A stretch of 64,000 nucleotides of DNA from Bacteroidales bacterium (GTDB lineage: Bacteria; Bacteroidota; Bacteroidia; Bacteroidales; WCHB1-69): positions 69,760-133,759 of the forward strand of contig JAFZIP010000010.1 in NCBI GenBank assembly GCA_017554325.1, in the 5' to 3' direction. Of this stretch, positions 1 to 9,881 are shown in pieces. The position numbers and the translations under genes were made by a program. The notes below the pieces were generated by a model, which was not told where the DNA came from, searched no databases, and saw only the letters and a program-made list of their open reading frames with translations. Positions within the stretch are counted from its first letter, which is position 1, and each line of letters begins with the position of its first letter.

Positions 1-82
1 AGCAAAAGCACTTGTCTATCAGCTCATCAGATACCAATACATCCTCTACTATCAGCATATAGTGGTTTTTAATTATAACAAT

Positions 83-108
83 AGGTCGATGGGTTGCCCC
101 ATCGACCT
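83..108 (-). terminator. Hairpin just downstream of the tnaA stop codon
   Basis: Perfect 11-bp inverted repeat aggtcgatggg/cccatcgacct with a 4-nt loop, about 20 nt past the stop. Only a weak T-tract follows on the minus strand. Confidence 0.45.
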
Positions 109-127
109 AAACTTTATCGGGAAAAAA

Positions 128-1504
128 TTATTGAAGTCTCTTGAATTGGCAGGTGAAGTGACGCATCAGCTCAGCCTCCCAGGTGATTTCCAAACCGCGT
201 TTGATGGTATGACGACGGTCGTACACATTCTTCAATGCAGCGGCAATCACGTCCATGTGGTTGTTGGTATAGACACGGCGCGGGATGCAGAGACGGACAA
301 AGTCAAGACCGCCGAAACGGTTCTGGCGGGTCACCGGGTCGCGGTCGGCGAGCACGTAGCCGATTTCGCAGGCACGGATACCGGCTTCCAAATAAAGCTC
401 GCAGGTCAGCGTTTGAGCCGGAAACTCCTCCTTCGGAATCTGATCCAGTACTTTGTCGGCATCCACAAAGATGGCGTGGCCACCGGCAGGACGCTGGTAA
501 GGAATACCGTACTCGTCAAGTTTGTCAGCCAAATACTGGACTTGTCTCACGCGGGTCTCAATCATGTCGAAATCGCAGTTCTCGCGAAGACCGACAGCCA
601 AAGCATCCATGTCACGGCCGTTCATACCACCGTAGGTCAGGAAACCCTCGAACGGGATACAGAACAGCTTGGCGCCTTCGTACCAGTCTTTCTTGTGCGT
701 GGCGATGAAACCACCCATATTGACCAAACCGTCTTTCTTGGCGCTCATCGTCATGCTATCTGCATAGCTGAACATCTCTTTCACGATTTCCAAGATGGTT
801 TTGTCTGCATAGCCCTCTTCACGCGTCTTGATGAAGTAGGCATTCTCCACAAAACGGGCAGAGTCCACATTTACAGGCACGCCATACTTGTGGCAAAGCT
901 CACACGTTTCACGGATGTTCTTCATACTCACAGGCTGTCCGCCGACGGTGTTGTTGGTGATTGTCAAAACCATGAACGGCACATTGCCCTGATTCTCTTT
1001 CAGAACCTTCTCCAATTTCTCCAAGCCCACATTGCCCTTGAAAGGCACTTCAAGCTGGGTGTCCTTGGCTTCGTCGCAAGTGACGTCAATGGCGAAAGCC
1101 TTACGGCTCTCGATATGGCCCTTGGTCGTGTCGAAGTGTGCGTTTCCAGGAACAACCATGCCGGGTTTCACCAGATAGGAAAACAGCACGTTCTCGGCGG
1201 CACGGCCCTGGTGAGTAGGGATAACATACTCAAAGCCTGTCAGTTCCGTAATGGTGTCTTTCATGTGATAGAAACTGCGGGCACCGCCGTAGCTTTCATC
1301 ACCCATCATCATGGCGCTCCACTGGCGGTCGCTCATGGCACCCGTGCCACTGTCCGTCAGCAAGTCGATATAAACATAGTCACTCTTCAACATGAAAATG
1401 TTGTTGTGGGCTTCGGCAAGCCACTTCTCTCTTTCTTCTCTTGTGGATTTCTTGATGGGCTCCACCATCTTGATTTTCCACGCTTCTGCAAAAGGTAATT
1501 CCAT
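128..1504 (-). CDS. tnaA: Tryptophanase (beta-eliminating lyase, PLP-dependent)
   Basis: 458-aa ORF. N-terminus MELPFAEAWKIKMVEPI, the DLLTDSGTGAMSDRQW block and the PLP-lysine region SAKKDGLVNMGG are all typical of TnaA/TPL. Confidence 0.9.
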   Translation of the reverse strand: MELPFAEAWKIKMVEPIKKSTREEREKWLAEAHNNIFMLKSDYVYIDLLTDSGTGAMSDRQWSAMMMGDESYGGARSFYHMKDTITELTGFEYVIPTHQGRAAENVLFSYLVKPGMVVPGNAHFDTTKGHIESRKAFAIDVTCDEAKDTQLEVPFKGNVGLEKLEKVLKENQGNVPFMVLTITNNTVGGQPVSMKNIRETCELCHKYGVPVNVDSARFVENAYFIKTREEGYADKTILEIVKEMFSYADSMTMSAKKDGLVNMGGFIATHKKDWYEGAKLFCIPFEGFLTYGGMNGRDMDALAVGLRENCDFDMIETRVRQVQYLADKLDEYGIPYQRPAGGHAIFVDADKVLDQIPKEEFPAQTLTCELYLEAGIRACEIGYVLADRDPVTRQNRFGGLDFVRLCIPRRVYTNNHMDVIAAALKNVYDRRHTIKRGLEITWEAELMRHFTCQFKRLQ

Positions 1505-1564
1505 AAAATCTATTTGTTAAGTTATTAAATCATTTATTCAAAAAGTTTCGTAAAAAAGAAACTA

Positions 1565-2161
1565 TTACTTCTTTTCATCAAAGTTTTCAGTGCGCACCAG
1601 TTTTTCGTTCTCATCATAGAACTTCCATTCGCCTACTCGCTGACCATTTTTATAAAAACCGGTATAATACACGCTTCCATTCTCGTGATACACCGTGTAG
1701 CGTCCGTCCTCCTTGCCATTCTTGTAATGGGCCATAGTCTGCACGTTGCCATTCTTGTGGTAGGCATACCACAAACCGTCGCGTTCGCTTTCAGAAAGAT
1801 TGCCGTCAATGTACTTCTTCTCTCCCGGATAATAATGGGTCTCGTGCACACGCACATCCGTGGGCTGGCCGAGGCTGTCTTTCTCGTAGTAGAAGACATC
1901 ACGAGGCGACTCATCCTCGTATGAGACCACCGTTTTCTTGTAATAGAGACTGTCAGCGAACTCGATTGGCGGGAACACGTGCAACTCAGCAAGTTCGGAA
2001 TCGGCAGTCACAGCGGGAGTTTTGTCCGCTGACTTCCCATAATGGCGAGCAATGAAGAATGCCGCAACAAGGGCAGAAATGATAATTGCCGTTATTACGA
2101 TTATAGTAATGTTGCGCTTCTTGTGTGATACAGGTTGATTGGTATCGATATTCTCATCCAT
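1565..2161 (-). CDS. Membrane-anchored MORN-repeat-variant protein (YwqK-like)
   Basis: N-terminal TM helix (ITIIVITAIIISALVAAFFI), followed by repeated Y-x-NG-x-x-G-x-W/Y motifs (WYAYHKNGNVQ, YTVYHENGSV, GFYKNGQRVGEWKFY). Confidence 0.6.
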   Translation of the reverse strand: MDENIDTNQPVSHKKRNITIIVITAIIISALVAAFFIARHYGKSADKTPAVTADSELAELHVFPPIEFADSLYYKKTVVSYEDESPRDVFYYEKDSLGQPTDVRVHETHYYPGEKKYIDGNLSESERDGLWYAYHKNGNVQTMAHYKNGKEDGRYTVYHENGSVYYTGFYKNGQRVGEWKFYDENEKLVRTENFDEKK

Positions 2162-2163
2162 AG

Positions 2164-2958
2164 TTATTTCTTTTTCTTCTTACCGAATGGTTTGTTGAGT
2201 TCATCCAGCACGGCATTCGTGATGTCGCACGACGGATCGGCCACCACTATCGGGCTGCTGGCTCCGTAGGTAAACACAAACGAAGCGTTGCGCTGGGCGT
2301 TCACGCGGGCACACACGGTGCGCAAAGAGTCGGCAATTTGCTCAAGTGCCGCCGCGTAGCGAGCCTCAAGCGCATCCAACGCTTGAGCATAGTCGTTCTG
2401 GAGTTGCTGGCTCTCCTGCTGCAAGGATGCCTCCGCATACTGTGCCTGCTGGGGTGTCAACTGGCCGTTCTGCATCTGACGCTGATAGTTGGCCAATTTG
2501 TTCTCCAAGGTTTTCTGACGATTCTGGAAATGCACCGATTGTCTCTGTTTCTCCTGATCAAGACTGTCGGTAAGCAGGCTCACCATCTCGTATTTATCGT
2601 TGATACTATCCATGTTGACATAGACGATTGAACCGTCGCCAACCTGCTGCGCCGGAGTCATCACAACATTATCCTTCTTGACTCCACCCATAAAATGCAG
2701 GATGAACAACACAATTACGGCTATTCCCAAGAAGGCTTCTATAATATAATGTATCGAATTGCTGTCGGTCGTTTTGTCCCCCTTGGCCGGTTTGCCCGGT
2801 TCTTCCGACTTTGCCTCGGGCATTGTCGCCATTTCCTCCGGGGCCTCGGGGGTTCGTTTTTCAGCCTTTTCCTTGTCCTCCGCAGCCACAAAACCCGGAA
2901 CGATCTCATCCGGCACCACATTTTCCACCGGATTCACATTTTCTCTGATTTCTTCCAT
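2164..2958 (-). CDS. OmpH/Skp-family periplasmic chaperone-like protein with an acidic N-terminal extension and TM anchor
   Basis: The C-terminal 170 aa form a Q/A-rich coiled coil (NKLANYQRQMQNGQLTPQQAQYAEASLQQESQQLQ) typical of OmpH. The N-terminus is acidic and is followed by a hydrophobic helix (FLGIAVIVLFILHF). Confidence 0.6.
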   Translation of the reverse strand: MEEIRENVNPVENVVPDEIVPGFVAAEDKEKAEKRTPEAPEEMATMPEAKSEEPGKPAKGDKTTDSNSIHYIIEAFLGIAVIVLFILHFMGGVKKDNVVMTPAQQVGDGSIVYVNMDSINDKYEMVSLLTDSLDQEKQRQSVHFQNRQKTLENKLANYQRQMQNGQLTPQQAQYAEASLQQESQQLQNDYAQALDALEARYAAALEQIADSLRTVCARVNAQRNASFVFTYGASSPIVVADPSCDITNAVLDELNKPFGKKKKK

Positions 2959-3006
2959 TTCTATTCTTCTGTTTTAATTTTTTGCTGAATAATTACTTTT
3001 TTTGAT

Positions 3007-3034
3007 GTGGAGACGCAAAATTTTGCGTCTCTAC
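3007..3034. repeat. REP-like palindrome gtGGAGACGCaaaattttGCGTCTCtac
   Basis: Near-perfect 28-nt palindrome 35 nt 3' of the recQ stop. Member of a 4-copy family in this window. Confidence 0.75.
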
Positions 3035-3040
3035 AATCCA

Positions 3041-3072
3041 TCCTCTCTAATCTCTCCTCTCTAATCTCTTAA
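3041..3072. repeat. 7-nt-period tandem array (minus strand reads GAGATTAGAGAGGAGAGATTAGAGAGG)
   Basis: Direct reading of the sequence. The array abuts and overlaps the recQ stop codon and sits next to the palindrome at 3007-3034. Confidence 0.7.
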
Positions 3073-5279
3073 TTCCCCACATCCGACAGATACTTGATTC
3101 TCATCACACGGATTTCTTCCATCGTGTATTCGTCCTCACCCAATTCTTTCAAGGCCAAATCCACAGAATCGGACTCGGCGGAGGCGAAATAATCGAGAAT
3201 TTCCTCCTGGTGGTAGATTTCAATCTCCTCGTTGATGTAATAGGTGATGTCGATTTTCGTACCGGACGACACTATCATCTCGATTTCCGTCAACAATTCA
3301 TTCATATCCAATCCTTTGGCACGGGCAATGTCTTCAAAACTGAGCTTGCGGTCGATACTTTGGATGATGAACACCTTGATGGCGGATTTCTTCACCACGG
3401 AGCGTACCACGAAGTCCTGAGGACGTTCAATCTCATTCTCTTCCACATACTTCTTGATCAGCTCAATGAAACGGCGTCCGTACTTCTGGGCCTTGCCTGC
3501 GCCCACACCGGAAATATGGGTCATCTCCTCAATGGTGATGGGATATTGAATACACATGTCCTCCAGGGAAGGATCTTGGAAAATCACAAACGGCGGAATA
3601 TTTTCCTCTTTGGAGATAATCTTGCGCAAGTCTTTGAGCAAGCTGAAAAGTGTAGTGTCGAAAGCGTCTTCCACGCCACCAACACCGCCGGTTTCCATCA
3701 CATCCTCCTCATCCTCGTCTTTTTCCACCACAGGCTTGATGGTCTGGATGGAATACGGATTCACCATATACTTTTCACCCTTGGGCGTGATCTTCAGCAA
3801 TCCGTAGTTCTCCACATCCTTGGCAATCAGATTGTCGAAGATGGCCAATCGGATGATGTTGGACCAGAACTTGGCATCGTACTCCGAACCTTCGCCAAAC
3901 TGTTTGAGTTTGTTGTGCTTGAACTTGACGATGGAGGTTGTTTTGTTGCCGGTGATGATATCGACAATCTGATCCTCCTTGAACTGCTGTTTCACAGTCT
4001 GGATGACCTCCAACGCAAGCAATATCTGATCAGAAGCATTCATCTTGGGCTTCGGATGGTTACAGTTGTCGCAGTTATGGCAGTTCTCCTCACCGTAGTC
4101 CTCGCCGAAATAATGGAGGAGGTGCTTGCGACGGCAGCTGGTCGATTCGGCGTAGGAGGCAGTTTCGGCCAACAATTCCTTCACAATCTCCTGCTCGGCG
4201 ACAGCTTTTTTGGTGGAGAATTTCTCCAGCTTGTGCAAATCCTTATAATCGTAGAAAGCGATGCAGAGGCCCTCGCCGTCATCACGGCCGGCCCGACCGG
4301 TTTCCTGATAGTAGCCTTCCAGACTCTTCGGCATGTCGTAGTGGATGACATAGCGCACATCGGGCTTGTCGATACCCATACCGAATGCGATGGTGGCCAC
4401 AATCACATCTGCCTTCTCCATCAGGAAGTCATCCTGATTCTGCACTCGGGTCTTGGAATCCAAGCCTGCGTGGTATGGCAGGGCACGAATTTTGTTAACT
4501 TGCAGGAAAGCAGCCAGTTCCTCCACCTTCTTACGGCTCAGGCAGTAAATGATGCCCGACTTGCCAGGATGGTTTTTGATGAACTTCACCACCTCCTTAT
4601 CGACATCCTTGGTCTTCTCCCGGATTTCATAATAGAGGTTGGGACGGTTGAATGATGAGATGAACACTTCTGCCTTCTCCATGCCCAAGTTCTTCTGGAT
4701 ATCGCTCTGAACCTTGGGAGTGGCGGTGGCCGTCAAGGCAATGACCGGCACCTTCTGGCCAATCTTCTCAATGATGGCGCGGATACGTCTGTATTCCGGA
4801 CGGAAATCATGTCCCCATTCGGAAATACAGTGCGCTTCATCTATGGCATAGAAAGAGATGTTGATATCCTGGAAAAACTGGACATTTTCCTCTTTGGTGA
4901 GAGATTCCGGGGCCACATATAACAGTTTTGTCTTACCTTCCAACAAATCCTGTTTCACCTCGTTGATTTCCATTTTGGTGAGGGATGAGTTGAGGAAGTG
5001 GGCGATGCCATTTTCCGCGCCAAAGCCGCGGATGGCATCCACCTGATTCTTCATCAAGGCTATCAGAGGGGAAATCACAATGGCGGTACCCTCCTTCATC
5101 ATGGCCGGCAGCTGGTAGCACATGGACTTGCCACCGCCGGTAGGCATAATAACGAAACAGTCTTTACCCTTCAAAAGTGCCTTGACAATCTTCAATTGAT
5201 CACCTTTAAATTTATCAAAACCGAATATGGTTTTCAGCGTCTGATGAATCTCCTTGTCTGTAAAATTTTTCATTCGCAA
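3069..5279 (-). CDS. recQ: ATP-dependent DNA helicase RecQ
   Basis: 736 aa. Walker A region TGGGKSMCYQLPA, DEAH box (DEAHCISEWGHDFRPEY), a Zn-binding Cys cluster (CRRKHLL...CHNCDNC) and a C-terminal HRDC-like region. Confidence 0.95.
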   Translation of the reverse strand: MRMKNFTDKEIHQTLKTIFGFDKFKGDQLKIVKALLKGKDCFVIMPTGGGKSMCYQLPAMMKEGTAIVISPLIALMKNQVDAIRGFGAENGIAHFLNSSLTKMEINEVKQDLLEGKTKLLYVAPESLTKEENVQFFQDINISFYAIDEAHCISEWGHDFRPEYRRIRAIIEKIGQKVPVIALTATATPKVQSDIQKNLGMEKAEVFISSFNRPNLYYEIREKTKDVDKEVVKFIKNHPGKSGIIYCLSRKKVEELAAFLQVNKIRALPYHAGLDSKTRVQNQDDFLMEKADVIVATIAFGMGIDKPDVRYVIHYDMPKSLEGYYQETGRAGRDDGEGLCIAFYDYKDLHKLEKFSTKKAVAEQEIVKELLAETASYAESTSCRRKHLLHYFGEDYGEENCHNCDNCNHPKPKMNASDQILLALEVIQTVKQQFKEDQIVDIITGNKTTSIVKFKHNKLKQFGEGSEYDAKFWSNIIRLAIFDNLIAKDVENYGLLKITPKGEKYMVNPYSIQTIKPVVEKDEDEEDVMETGGVGGVEDAFDTTLFSLLKDLRKIISKEENIPPFVIFQDPSLEDMCIQYPITIEEMTHISGVGAGKAQKYGRRFIELIKKYVEENEIERPQDFVVRSVVKKSAIKVFIIQSIDRKLSFEDIARAKGLDMNELLTEIEMIVSSGTKIDITYYINEEIEIYHQEEILDYFASAESDSVDLALKELGEDEYTMEEIRVMRIKYLSDVGN

Positions 5280-5342
5280 AAAAGTGTTTTAATTCAAGGT
5301 ATCGTTTAGTAATGATAGGAAAACCCCTTTTTAAACGGAAAA

Positions 5343-5350
5343 CAAAAATA
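5343..5350 (-). promoter_or_regulatory. Bacteroidetes -7 box TATTTTTG (TAnnTTTG) upstream of recQ
   Basis: Plus strand reads caaaaata. It lies about 63 nt upstream of the recQ ATG. Confidence 0.45.
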
Positions 5351-5405
5351 GCAAAATTTCATTGCAAAACCACATTTTTTTTCAGAATATGATTTTTTTT
5401 ATTTT

Positions 5406-6374
5406 TCATTCATAAAACCTGCCTTTCAGCAAATATTGGCGTACATACGATTTCACTCCATCTTCCAGCGTATAGAAGCCCCGTTTGAAGCCTGCTGTAC
5501 GCATTTTGCGCATGGAAGCCTCCGTGAAATACTGATATTTGTCGCGAATATCCGCCGGCATATCGACAAACTCAATATTGGGTTCAAGCCCCATAGCCCT
5601 GAATGTGGACTCCGCGAGAGAGAGGAACGGGCGCGCCTGCCCCGTGCCCAAATTGTAGATTCCCGACTGCGGATGGTGCACCATGAACCAATAAAGCACG
5701 CGCACAACGTCTTTCACATACACGAAATCGCGCAACTGCATGCCATCGGCATAGTCTGGACGATGCGAGCGGAACAGCTTCACATTTCCGGTCTCCTTGA
5801 TCTGGTTGAAGGAATGAAAGATAACCGAAGCCATTCGCCCCTTATGGTATTCGTTGGGACCATACACATTGAAAAACTTGAACCCATACCAATATGGTGG
5901 CTGCAACGCCTGCTTGAGAATCCACTTGTCAATTTCGTTTTTGGAACGGCCATACGGATTGAGCGGGGCGAGTTTATAAGCCAAGTTCTCATCGTCCACG
6001 TATCCGAGTTCGCCTGCACCGTAGGTGGCGGCAGAGGAAGCATACAGCAAGGGGATCCCGTGGCGTGCGGCAAAAGTCCACATCCGCTGGGTGTAATAGA
6101 CATTGAGAGCCTCAAAAACAGAATAGTCGAACTCCGTCGTGTCTGTGCGTGCTCCCAAGTGGATGATACAATCCACCTGCGCGGCGTTCTGCTCCGCCCA
6201 GGCAAAGAAATCGTCGCGTGCGATTTTGTCCGCATATTTCAGATTCTCCCAGTTTCGGCGTTTGTGCTCTTTGGAAAAATCATCCACCAATATGAGGTCC
6301 TCGCGTCCCATCTCGTTCATCTTCGCAGCCATACAACTGCCGATAAACCCGGCAGCTCCAGTGATTACTATCAT
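5406..6374 (-). CDS. hldD: ADP-L-glycero-D-manno-heptose 6-epimerase
   Basis: MIVITGAAGFIGS Rossmann start, LYASSAATYG, the FNVYGPNEYHKGRMASV block and DFVYVKDV all align with E. coli HldD. The start was moved to the internal Met at 6374, because the upstream extension of the ORF has no homology. Confidence 0.85.
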   Translation of the reverse strand: MIVITGAAGFIGSCMAAKMNEMGREDLILVDDFSKEHKRRNWENLKYADKIARDDFFAWAEQNAAQVDCIIHLGARTDTTEFDYSVFEALNVYYTQRMWTFAARHGIPLLYASSAATYGAGELGYVDDENLAYKLAPLNPYGRSKNEIDKWILKQALQPPYWYGFKFFNVYGPNEYHKGRMASVIFHSFNQIKETGNVKLFRSHRPDYADGMQLRDFVYVKDVVRVLYWFMVHHPQSGIYNLGTGQARPFLSLAESTFRAMGLEPNIEFVDMPADIRDKYQYFTEASMRKMRTAGFKRGFYTLEDGVKSYVRQYLLKGRFYE

Positions 6375-6459
6375 TGTTTCAGAATTTGTTGCAAAGGTAA
6401 TAAAAAACGGGTGCCGAACGGCACCCGTCATGACATTTTATTATGAAAAAGTTTGATTC

Positions 6460-7404
6460 TTAAAATTCCCACAAATCGCTTTCGAAAGTGCGCAATCTGT
6501 CGGTGATTTTCTCGGATTCAATGCGCTGATCGCGAGAATTAGCGATATAATCTTGAATATCACGATCATACACATTGGCTTCCTTGTAAATATAGCTGGA
6601 AAAATCGCGTTTCCAGGTAATGAGATCGTCGTAAGAGAGTCTCTGTGCGTTGTTCTTCACATTGTAAACCTCCTGTTTTGCCAGGAACGGTCTGAGCTCA
6701 TTGTAATAAATGTAGCCCACTCTCTTCTTCATCATGGTACCTCTGACATCATTGTCATCAGAACCGCCTTCAGCGTCATATTCGTAAGAAGATGCACTGG
6801 GACGCTCGTGCTCAATGATGGGTTCAATTTCCAAAATCTGAACATAGAACTTGGAAGCCTGCTTGTCAAAGTACCAAATCTCTTTCACATTGTAGGAGAT
6901 GACCTGCTTGGGCTCATACTCCACCACCAATTCCTTCATTCCGATTTCCTCGCCCGTTTCCAGGTCGATTTCGGGAATTTGGGAAATTTCAGAGAGATTG
7001 CCTCTGAGGTCTTCACGGGAAGTGGGCATGGTGCACATCTCATCGGCATACACCGGAAGTACACCTTCCGTTCTCTCAGGATTGGCCATATCAATTGCAT
7101 CGAAAATGGTCTGTGCCAAACTTCTCCATGTACCTTTCGTTTCAGAAGGGAAATAGAGAGGATGATTCACTTTCTCACGAAGATCAATCGTTCTCCAAAT
7201 GGTGTAATAGTACATTACATCCGCTTGACGGATCGGCGGATAGGCGATGGGGTCTGAAAACTCACCCACATCCACCTGCTCCCAGGCGAACTCAACCGGC
7301 TTGCGGATGGGTTGGTCCATGGTACTGCCTCTCTCTTCGTCATCTTGGGCGAAGACAAATGTGGCAGCCATCAATCCTAATAACAATAAACCAAACTTTT
7401 TCAT
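6460..7404 (-). CDS. porN: T9SS/gliding protein GldN (PorN)
   Basis: Last gene of the porPKLMN block. Signal peptide MKKFGLLLLGLMAATFVFA|QDD. The start is set at 7404 because the longer ORF would overlap porM. Confidence 0.8.
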   Translation of the reverse strand: MKKFGLLLLGLMAATFVFAQDDEERGSTMDQPIRKPVEFAWEQVDVGEFSDPIAYPPIRQADVMYYYTIWRTIDLREKVNHPLYFPSETKGTWRSLAQTIFDAIDMANPERTEGVLPVYADEMCTMPTSREDLRGNLSEISQIPEIDLETGEEIGMKELVVEYEPKQVISYNVKEIWYFDKQASKFYVQILEIEPIIEHERPSASSYEYDAEGGSDDNDVRGTMMKKRVGYIYYNELRPFLAKQEVYNVKNNAQRLSYDDLITWKRDFSSYIYKEANVYDRDIQDYIANSRDQRIESEKITDRLRTFESDLWEF

Positions 7405-7426
7405 AATAAATATTTTTTTAAATTGA

Positions 7427-9058
7427 TTATCTGATACGTACAGAGAATTCATCCAACGTACGAGGACCAGCCTCTGAAGTGGCCTTGATGTCCGTGAAGT
7501 AGATGACAGTGTTGGCCGGAGCCTTCTGCAATTTAGCCTTGACAGCTTCGGAAAGAGCACCGCCTTGGCAAGCCATAGCAGGATCCTCCATGCCTTTGCT
7601 GACGAAAATCACGCGGAAGGAAGTGACGTTCCACTTCAGGTCATAGACAAAGTCCTCACCCATAGTTGCACGGATGACGGGGTTGGCCATCAACTCGCCC
7701 TTTGCGTGTTTGCCACCGCGGATACCAGCACCCAACACAGCACGCGGGTTAGGAACTTTCTTCACACGGAAAGTGGTAGCACCCATATTCTTTGTGCTCT
7801 CACCCACTCTGGCTGAAACCGTAGCGTTCACCGTCTTGCCAATCATGGCGGCCGGGACTTTCACGTTATACTTGCCGGCACCAAGGCTGGAAACAGTACA
7901 ACCAGGGAAAGAAACACTCAACTTGCCAGGATCAACCGGACCGGAAATGGAAACCGGGTTGTCAATACCAGCATAGAGCACATTCATCTTGTCAGCTGCA
8001 ATGGTAGCAGAAGGTTTCAGCACCGTGTATTTGTCTGCGAAGCCATAGTATTTGTCTTCTCCGTTCGGGGCTTTCACCTTGATCAAACCAGCATATTTCT
8101 GGTCGCCGATACCACCGGTACCGATTTTGAGTTTCACCACACCATTCTCGCCTTCAAGCTTGGTTGCGCCAGCAAGACCAGCCTCGGTCAAGGTGTCAAC
8201 ACCCATCTTGTAGTAAACCTCCGGGGTGGATTTGGTATCGAAAGCGGCCACAATAATGTCAGCCTCATAGCTGTCGCCAGAGAACACCATCTGGGATTTC
8301 GGGATAGCACGGCCTTCCACATGGTCGAACTTGAAGTCGTCGGCACTGATGGAAGCTTTCAGGTAGTTGAGCATCATAGACTCGGCATTGCGCACCTCAC
8401 CGATCTCCTTGTTAAGCAAGGTCACGGCTGCTGCTGCGATGATATGGTCAAAGTTGTGCTCTTCCCATGTTTGTTCAACGCCATCTTTTTTGTACTTGGT
8501 GTCCACATCCAACCCCAGCGCTTTGGAGACTCTGTCCCGGTCGGCAGGTTTGATAAGTTTCAGGACATTGGCCTTGTATTCTCTGATTCTTTGTGTGAGT
8601 TTCTTGGCGTTGCCCTTGTTGATCATGAAATCGGTCGGCTTGTCAAAATTCTCCTTGGCCTTCATTGTTCCAACGGTAGTAGGAGCCATGATTTTCTTGC
8701 CATCGGGGGTCTTGGTTTCTGCCAGCGTGTCACCATCCACATACATGATGAGATCTTTCTTCATGGTTTCGATATATTTCACCATGTCGTTGGTCTCTTT
8801 TTTCAGTTTCTGGGCATTGGCATAAGCATCGTGAATCTTGGCTTCGCCAAGGAGGAGTTTTTGGTTTTCAAACCAGTTATAGTCGTTGCTATTCTGAGCT
8901 GTCGCATTACGCGTGGAAGTCTGCAAGGTATCATCCACCACGATGAAAGCATTCAAGATGTCCGTGGACACATTCAAAGCCAACATGGCGGTGTAAACCA
9001 GATACATCATCTGAATCATTTTCTGTCTCGGGGTCTCCGGACAATTTGTTGCACCCAT
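7427..9058 (-). CDS. porM: T9SS/gliding protein GldM (PorM)
   Basis: The N-terminal PRQKMIQMMYLVYTAMLALNVS motif is the hallmark GldM TM segment. 543 aa, positioned between gldL and gldN. Confidence 0.9.
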   Translation of the reverse strand: MGATNCPETPRQKMIQMMYLVYTAMLALNVSTDILNAFIVVDDTLQTSTRNATAQNSNDYNWFENQKLLLGEAKIHDAYANAQKLKKETNDMVKYIETMKKDLIMYVDGDTLAETKTPDGKKIMAPTTVGTMKAKENFDKPTDFMINKGNAKKLTQRIREYKANVLKLIKPADRDRVSKALGLDVDTKYKKDGVEQTWEEHNFDHIIAAAAVTLLNKEIGEVRNAESMMLNYLKASISADDFKFDHVEGRAIPKSQMVFSGDSYEADIIVAAFDTKSTPEVYYKMGVDTLTEAGLAGATKLEGENGVVKLKIGTGGIGDQKYAGLIKVKAPNGEDKYYGFADKYTVLKPSATIAADKMNVLYAGIDNPVSISGPVDPGKLSVSFPGCTVSSLGAGKYNVKVPAAMIGKTVNATVSARVGESTKNMGATTFRVKKVPNPRAVLGAGIRGGKHAKGELMANPVIRATMGEDFVYDLKWNVTSFRVIFVSKGMEDPAMACQGGALSEAVKAKLQKAPANTVIYFTDIKATSEAGPRTLDEFSVRIR

Positions 9059-9106
9059 TTTCTAAAAAATTTTAGTTAAAATTAGTGATTGTAAGAATGA
9101 TTTAGA

Positions 9107-9829
9107 TTATTTGTTCGGGTTGACACCCATAGCAGCCAACATGTTACCATAAACCTTGCTCAAGGCAGCGATATTGTTGGTCAGCTTATCCATTTCAGCC
9201 TTGTAAGTAGTGGTTTGCTCGTATGCGGCAGTCAGCTGGTTAACAGCGTTGGTAGCTTTCTTCAGGCTTTCCACGTAAGCAACAGATGCGTTGCCGTCAG
9301 TATCCAGGGAAGCAGCAACCTTGTCATATTTGAGGGTGAGGTTACGAACAGACTCTGCAGCCTTGGTCATGTTACCCACAAAGCTGTCTGTAGCCACAGC
9401 GGCGTCGGAGACACCGGCCAACTTTCTGGCGTTGTCGCTCAGGTTTCTCATACCAGTTGCCAAGCTTTCAATGAGTTCGGGACCAATTTTGGCCTCTTCC
9501 AGCATCTTGTCAAGTTGTTGTGTCGGGGTTTCGCCCTTGGCGGCCAGTTTCTTCTTTTCTCTCTTGCTGGGCTCAGCCGGTTCTTCCGCAATTGCCAATT
9601 CAGGATAGACCAACGCCCAGTTGTACTCAACATGCAAGGGTTCAAAAGCAGAGAAGAAGAAAATGATAGTTTCAGTGAACATACCGACCATAAGCATGAT
9701 GTTAGCACCCGGCCAGTGAAGGATCTTGAACAAAGCACCGCAAATCACAACTGCGGCACCCCATCCGTACAATTTAGCCATGAAGTTCTTGTAGCCATTG
9801 GTTCTAACTAATCTGTCAATTGCATTCAT
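9107..9829 (-). CDS. porL: T9SS/gliding protein GldL (PorL)
   Basis: Two N-terminal TM helices (GWGAAVVICGALFKILHWPGANIMLMVGMFTETIIFFFSAFEP) and a cytoplasmic coiled-coil tail. Gene order is also consistent. Confidence 0.9.
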   Translation of the reverse strand: MNAIDRLVRTNGYKNFMAKLYGWGAAVVICGALFKILHWPGANIMLMVGMFTETIIFFFSAFEPLHVEYNWALVYPELAIAEEPAEPSKREKKKLAAKGETPTQQLDKMLEEAKIGPELIESLATGMRNLSDNARKLAGVSDAAVATDSFVGNMTKAAESVRNLTLKYDKVAASLDTDGNASVAYVESLKKATNAVNQLTAAYEQTTTYKAEMDKLTNNIAALSKVYGNMLAAMGVNPNK

Positions 9830-9881
9830 TTTTTTTAACGATTTTGGTTAATGATTTATGTGTTAATAATTTTTGAATTTT

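Noticed and set aside
62-1498. A 478-aa ORF on the plus strand, antisense to tnaA. Similar near-full-length shadow ORFs lie opposite porK (9873-11504, 543 aa), the GWxTD gene (35260-36747, 495 aa), glyA (47933-49204, 423 aa), hldD (5436-6446) and the GT4 gene (26714-27625).
   Set aside because: Their translations are low-complexity (rich in V/H/G/R/L) with no recognisable motifs, whereas the opposite strand encodes unmistakable conserved proteins. They are codon-bias shadow ORFs.
7405-7560. The longer start for porN (ORF 6460-7560).
   Set aside because: It would overlap the 3' end of porM by 134 nt. The Met at 7404 gives a standard signal peptide.
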